Shown piece after piece: positions 60,852-64,000 of a DNA stretch of 64,000 nucleotides. The stretch covers positions 10,083 to 74,082 of the forward strand of contig JAIRQC010000084.1 in the NCBI GenBank assembly GCA_031256675.1, read 5' to 3'. A program made the position numbers and the translations under genes. The first letter of the stretch is position 1. The number at the start of each line of letters is the position of its first letter. Source of the stretch: Rikenellaceae bacterium. Its GTDB lineage: Bacteria > Bacteroidota > Bacteroidia > Bacteroidales > Rikenellaceae. The notes beneath the pieces were generated by a model, which was not told the origin of the DNA, ran no database searches, and saw only the letters and a list, made by a program, of their open reading frames with translations.

Positions 60852-61661
60852 ATGAAAAATTTCGTTGTCCTGTTTATGGCGGCAGGAATGCTCCTCGCCA
60901 CGACCTCGTGCCGCTGGCTGGCCCTGGCTAAAACGGCGGAGCAGGCCGACACTTCGGATGCGACGCGCGCCAAGGCTTCGGATGAGACGGTCGACAGCGC
61001 GCCCGAATATTGTGATTACCGGGATCACGGACACAAATTCATAGATCCGGACATATTTCTTTCGGACGGCCATTTTTGGAGCGACTTTTTGGAGGGTAGC
61101 GTCCATCGCCATTTCGACGCAATGGACATGTATGCGCTTTACCGCGAAGGCGAGGGGCGTTATCATGTGGCCCCGGTCAGGATCGGGCCGGTGTTCGAAG
61201 AAAATCTGTGCGCAGGGATGGATATACTGTTGAATGTCGTCCGGGGCAACAACGACTACATTGCGCTGTTATCCGGACTGAAAAACTACAACCTTGACAG
61301 TTTTGCCGGAATCGAACATGGGGCGAGAATATTTCCAGGCCAGAATTACACCGTCGAACATGGCGGACTGCTATACAGCTTTACCGCGACGGCCGACGGC
61401 GATGACAACAGTTGCGTCGCCAATTACAGGCTTTATCTGGCCAGGGAGGGCGACGGCACGGAGCAGCTTCTGACGACATTGGAATGCACCGAGTCTATTC
61501 CGGCTATCGTGTTCATGGGAGACGTCGACGGCGAGCCCGACCTGATCGTCGACGAAACGGCCGACAATAACCATTACAGGGTGTTGTACCTCTCTTCCGT
61601 TGCGGGCGAGAGCGAAGTGGTGCGGGCCGTAGCGGAAAATACCGATACCCGCGATTGCTAA
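60852..61661 (+). CDS. Hypothetical lipoprotein
   Basis: MKNFVVLFMAAGMLLATTSC lipobox-like; acidic C-terminus with GDVDGEPDLI. Confidence 0.7.
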   Translation: MKNFVVLFMAAGMLLATTSCRWLALAKTAEQADTSDATRAKASDETVDSAPEYCDYRDHGHKFIDPDIFLSDGHFWSDFLEGSVHRHFDAMDMYALYREGEGRYHVAPVRIGPVFEENLCAGMDILLNVVRGNNDYIALLSGLKNYNLDSFAGIEHGARIFPGQNYTVEHGGLLYSFTATADGDDNSCVANYRLYLAREGDGTEQLLTTLECTESIPAIVFMGDVDGEPDLIVDETADNNHYRVLYLSSVAGESEVVRAVAENTDTRDC

Positions 61662-61677
61662 AAGATAAAACCGACAA

Positions 61678-63462
61678 ATGGAGCAGCTAAAACACGAATG
61701 CGGCCTTGCCCTGGTGGTGTTGCGCAAGCCTGTGCAATATTATAAGGAGCGTTACGGGGCGGGGTACGCCCTCGACAAACTCTACCTGCTGATGGAGAAG
61801 CAGCACAACCGCGGGCAGGAGGGGGCGGGGGCGGTCTGCATCAACTCCGACGGGGCGTTCGGCAGCGAGTTCATGTTTCGCGAACGCGCCGAGGGCAGCG
61901 ACGCCATAACCAAAGTCTTCTCGGCCGTCGAGGCGCAGATAGCGCGGGGCCGCAGGGAGGGCACGGAGCCATTCTCGGGCAATATATACATGGGCCACCT
62001 GCGTTACAGCACCACCGGACGCTCGGGGCTGTCGTTCGTCCACCCGTTCCTGCGCCGCAGCAGCCACAAGATGCGCAACCTGGCCCTGTGCGGCAATTTC
62101 AACCTTACCAACGTTGACGAACTGCTCACCGCCATGAAGTGCGCCGGACAGCATCCCCGCAGCTCGGCAGACACCTTCGTGATACTCGAACAGATCGGCG
62201 AGGCGCTGGACGAGCAGTGGCGTTTTGCGAAAAAGATAGATTTCGCCCCTGTGCTGCGCGAGGCGAGCCCTGCATGGGACGGCGGCTATGTCATCTGCGG
62301 CGCGACGGGCAGCGGCGAGACCTTTACCCTGCGCGACCCGTGGGGCGTCCGCACCGCTTTCGTTTACGTCGGCGAGGAGATCGTGGCGGTGGCTTCGGAG
62401 CGTCCGGTGCTGCAAACCGCCTTCAACATCGACATGAACGACATACGCGAGCTGGAGCCGGGCGAGGCGGTCGTCACCACGGCCGAGGGCGGCGTCAGCT
62501 TCGAACAGATACTTCCACGCAAACGTTTCTCGGCCTGCTCGTTCGAGCGCATCTACTTCTCGCGGGGCAGCGACAGCGCCATCTACCGCGAACGCAAGTC
62601 GCTCGGCAGCCTGATAACCCCCTCGGTGATCGAGGCCCTCGGCGGCAATCTGCTCGACGCGGTTTTCTCCTATATTCCCAACACGGCGGAGGTGGCTTTC
62701 CTCGGGATGGTCGACGCGCTGGAAGACTGCCTGAACAACGAGAAGGCGCAGGCCCTCGAAGCCGGCATGTCGCGCGAGCGGACGCACGAGATCCTTTCGC
62801 GCCGCATCCGCATGGAGAAGGTGGCTATCAAGGATATAAAGCTGCGCACGTTCATCTCCGACACCGAACGGCGCAAGAAGCTCGCCGCCCACGTCTACGA
62901 CGTCACCTACGGCAGCCTGCGCCCAGGACAGGACACGCTGGTGATCATCGACGACAGCATTGTGCGCGGCACGACCCTGCGCGAGAGCATCATCTCGATA
63001 CTCGCGCGCCTCGGCCCGCGCGAGATCGTCATCATCTCCTCCGCCCCGCAGATCCGCTATCCGGACTATTACGGCATCGACATGCCACGCCTCGAAGAGC
63101 TTATCGCCTTTCGAGCTGCGGCGTCGCTGCTCGAAAAGAGTGGCCGCGGCGGGTTGTTGAGGGAGGTTTACGAGCGGTCGAAGGGACAGCGGGGCCTGCC
63201 GGCGGAGAGGGTCGTAAATTATGTGCAGGACATTTACAAACCATTCACGGACGGCGAAATAGCCGACGAGATAGCCGCCATGCTCAAACCGGACAGCGTG
63301 CGCGTGGGGGTTAAGATCATCTTCCAGAGCCTCGACGCGCTGCACATGGCCTGTCCCGACCACCCGGGCGACTGGTACTTCTCGGGCGACTACCCGACCC
63401 CGGGCGGCAACCGGCTTGTCAACGAAGCATTCATAAGCTACTACGAAAACAACTATAAATAA
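61678..63462 (+). CDS. purF: Amidophosphoribosyltransferase (Bacteroidetes type)
   Basis: HECG N-terminal cysteine; HNRGQEGAG; GHLRYSTTG; IIDDSIVRGTT PRPP motif. Confidence 0.88.
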   Translation: MEQLKHECGLALVVLRKPVQYYKERYGAGYALDKLYLLMEKQHNRGQEGAGAVCINSDGAFGSEFMFRERAEGSDAITKVFSAVEAQIARGRREGTEPFSGNIYMGHLRYSTTGRSGLSFVHPFLRRSSHKMRNLALCGNFNLTNVDELLTAMKCAGQHPRSSADTFVILEQIGEALDEQWRFAKKIDFAPVLREASPAWDGGYVICGATGSGETFTLRDPWGVRTAFVYVGEEIVAVASERPVLQTAFNIDMNDIRELEPGEAVVTTAEGGVSFEQILPRKRFSACSFERIYFSRGSDSAIYRERKSLGSLITPSVIEALGGNLLDAVFSYIPNTAEVAFLGMVDALEDCLNNEKAQALEAGMSRERTHEILSRRIRMEKVAIKDIKLRTFISDTERRKKLAAHVYDVTYGSLRPGQDTLVIIDDSIVRGTTLRESIISILARLGPREIVIISSAPQIRYPDYYGIDMPRLEELIAFRAAASLLEKSGRGGLLREVYERSKGQRGLPAERVVNYVQDIYKPFTDGEIADEIAAMLKPDSVRVGVKIIFQSLDALHMACPDHPGDWYFSGDYPTPGGNRLVNEAFISYYENNYK

Positions 63463-64000
63463 TGAACTCTCTCCCCACCCCATTCTACCTTTACGACGTC
63501 GACCTGCTTCGCGCTACGCTCGACGAGGCCACCTCGCAGGCGGCCCGCTACGGCTATCAGGTGCATTACGCGCTGAAAGCCAACTTCAACCGGCGCATCC
63601 TCGCGCTGGTCAACGAATATGGCCTCGGCGCCGACTGCGTCAGCGGCGGCGAGGTGCAGGCTGCCCTCGACGCAGGCATTCCCGCCTCGAAGATCGTCTT
63701 CGCAGGGGTGGCCAAAAGCGACGAGGAGATCGCGCTGGGGCTGCGGCGGGACATATTCTCGTTCAACTGCGAGTCGTTGCAGGAGATGGAGGTCATCAAC
63801 GACATTGCCGGACAAACGGGGCGCAAGGCCCGTATCGCGCTGCGCATCAACCCCGACGTCGACCCGCACACCCACAAGTACATCTCCACAGGCAAGGCCG
63901 AGAACAAGTTCGGCATACCATACGCCGAGGTCGACAAGGCGCTGGGAATGATCGGCAACCTGTCGAACCTGGAGATCACCGGGCTGCATTTCCATGTCGG
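63462..64000 (+). CDS. lysA: Diaminopimelate decarboxylase (runs off window end)
   Basis: Manual translation MNSLPTPFYLYD...HYALKAN...ADCVSGGE...LRINPDVD...ISTGKAENKFG...GLHFHVG; TAATG overlap with purF. Confidence 0.95.
   Translation, partial: MNSLPTPFYLYDVDLLRATLDEATSQAARYGYQVHYALKANFNRRILALVNEYGLGADCVSGGEVQAALDAGIPASKIVFAGVAKSDEEIALGLRRDIFSFNCESLQEMEVINDIAGQTGRKARIALRINPDVDPHTHKYISTGKAENKFGIPYAEVDKALGMIGNLSNLEITGLHFHV

Overview
High-GC Bacteroidales (Rikenellaceae/Alistipes-like) chromosomal segment; lineage inferred from gene content and TAnnTTTG promoters. 1-13.7 kb: str/S10/spc ribosomal protein cluster on the minus strand (rpsL-rpsG-fusA-rpsJ...rpsE). Eight of its spacers are inflated to 158-423 nt by spacer-specific, strand-biased minisatellite-like repeats. 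14-19 kb: leuS, an outer-membrane beta-barrel gene with an in-frame TAG before its last strand, and a NupG-like permease. 19-43.6 kb: hybrid two-component regulator and a divergent PUL (GH2, FAD oxidoreductase, BACON-GH43, two GH105, SusC, SusD, Ig/discoidin lipoprotein, GH130, GH115). 44-60.6 kb: minus-strand nitrogen assimilation cluster (divergent dapL paralog, TorF-like porin, dapF, dapL, P-II, amt, asnA, GSIII, gltB, gltD). 60.8-64 kb: lipoprotein, purF-like gene, lysA (partial). The best novelty candidate is a set of three mRNA hairpins with different stems but an identical 7-nt loop (CUUGCAC, shaped like a tRNA-Ala(UGC) anticodon loop) in the leaders of the TorF porin and amt genes. A covarying GGAG-loop hairpin pair lies before asnA. 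No transposase, CRISPR array, rRNA or complete tRNA was seen.
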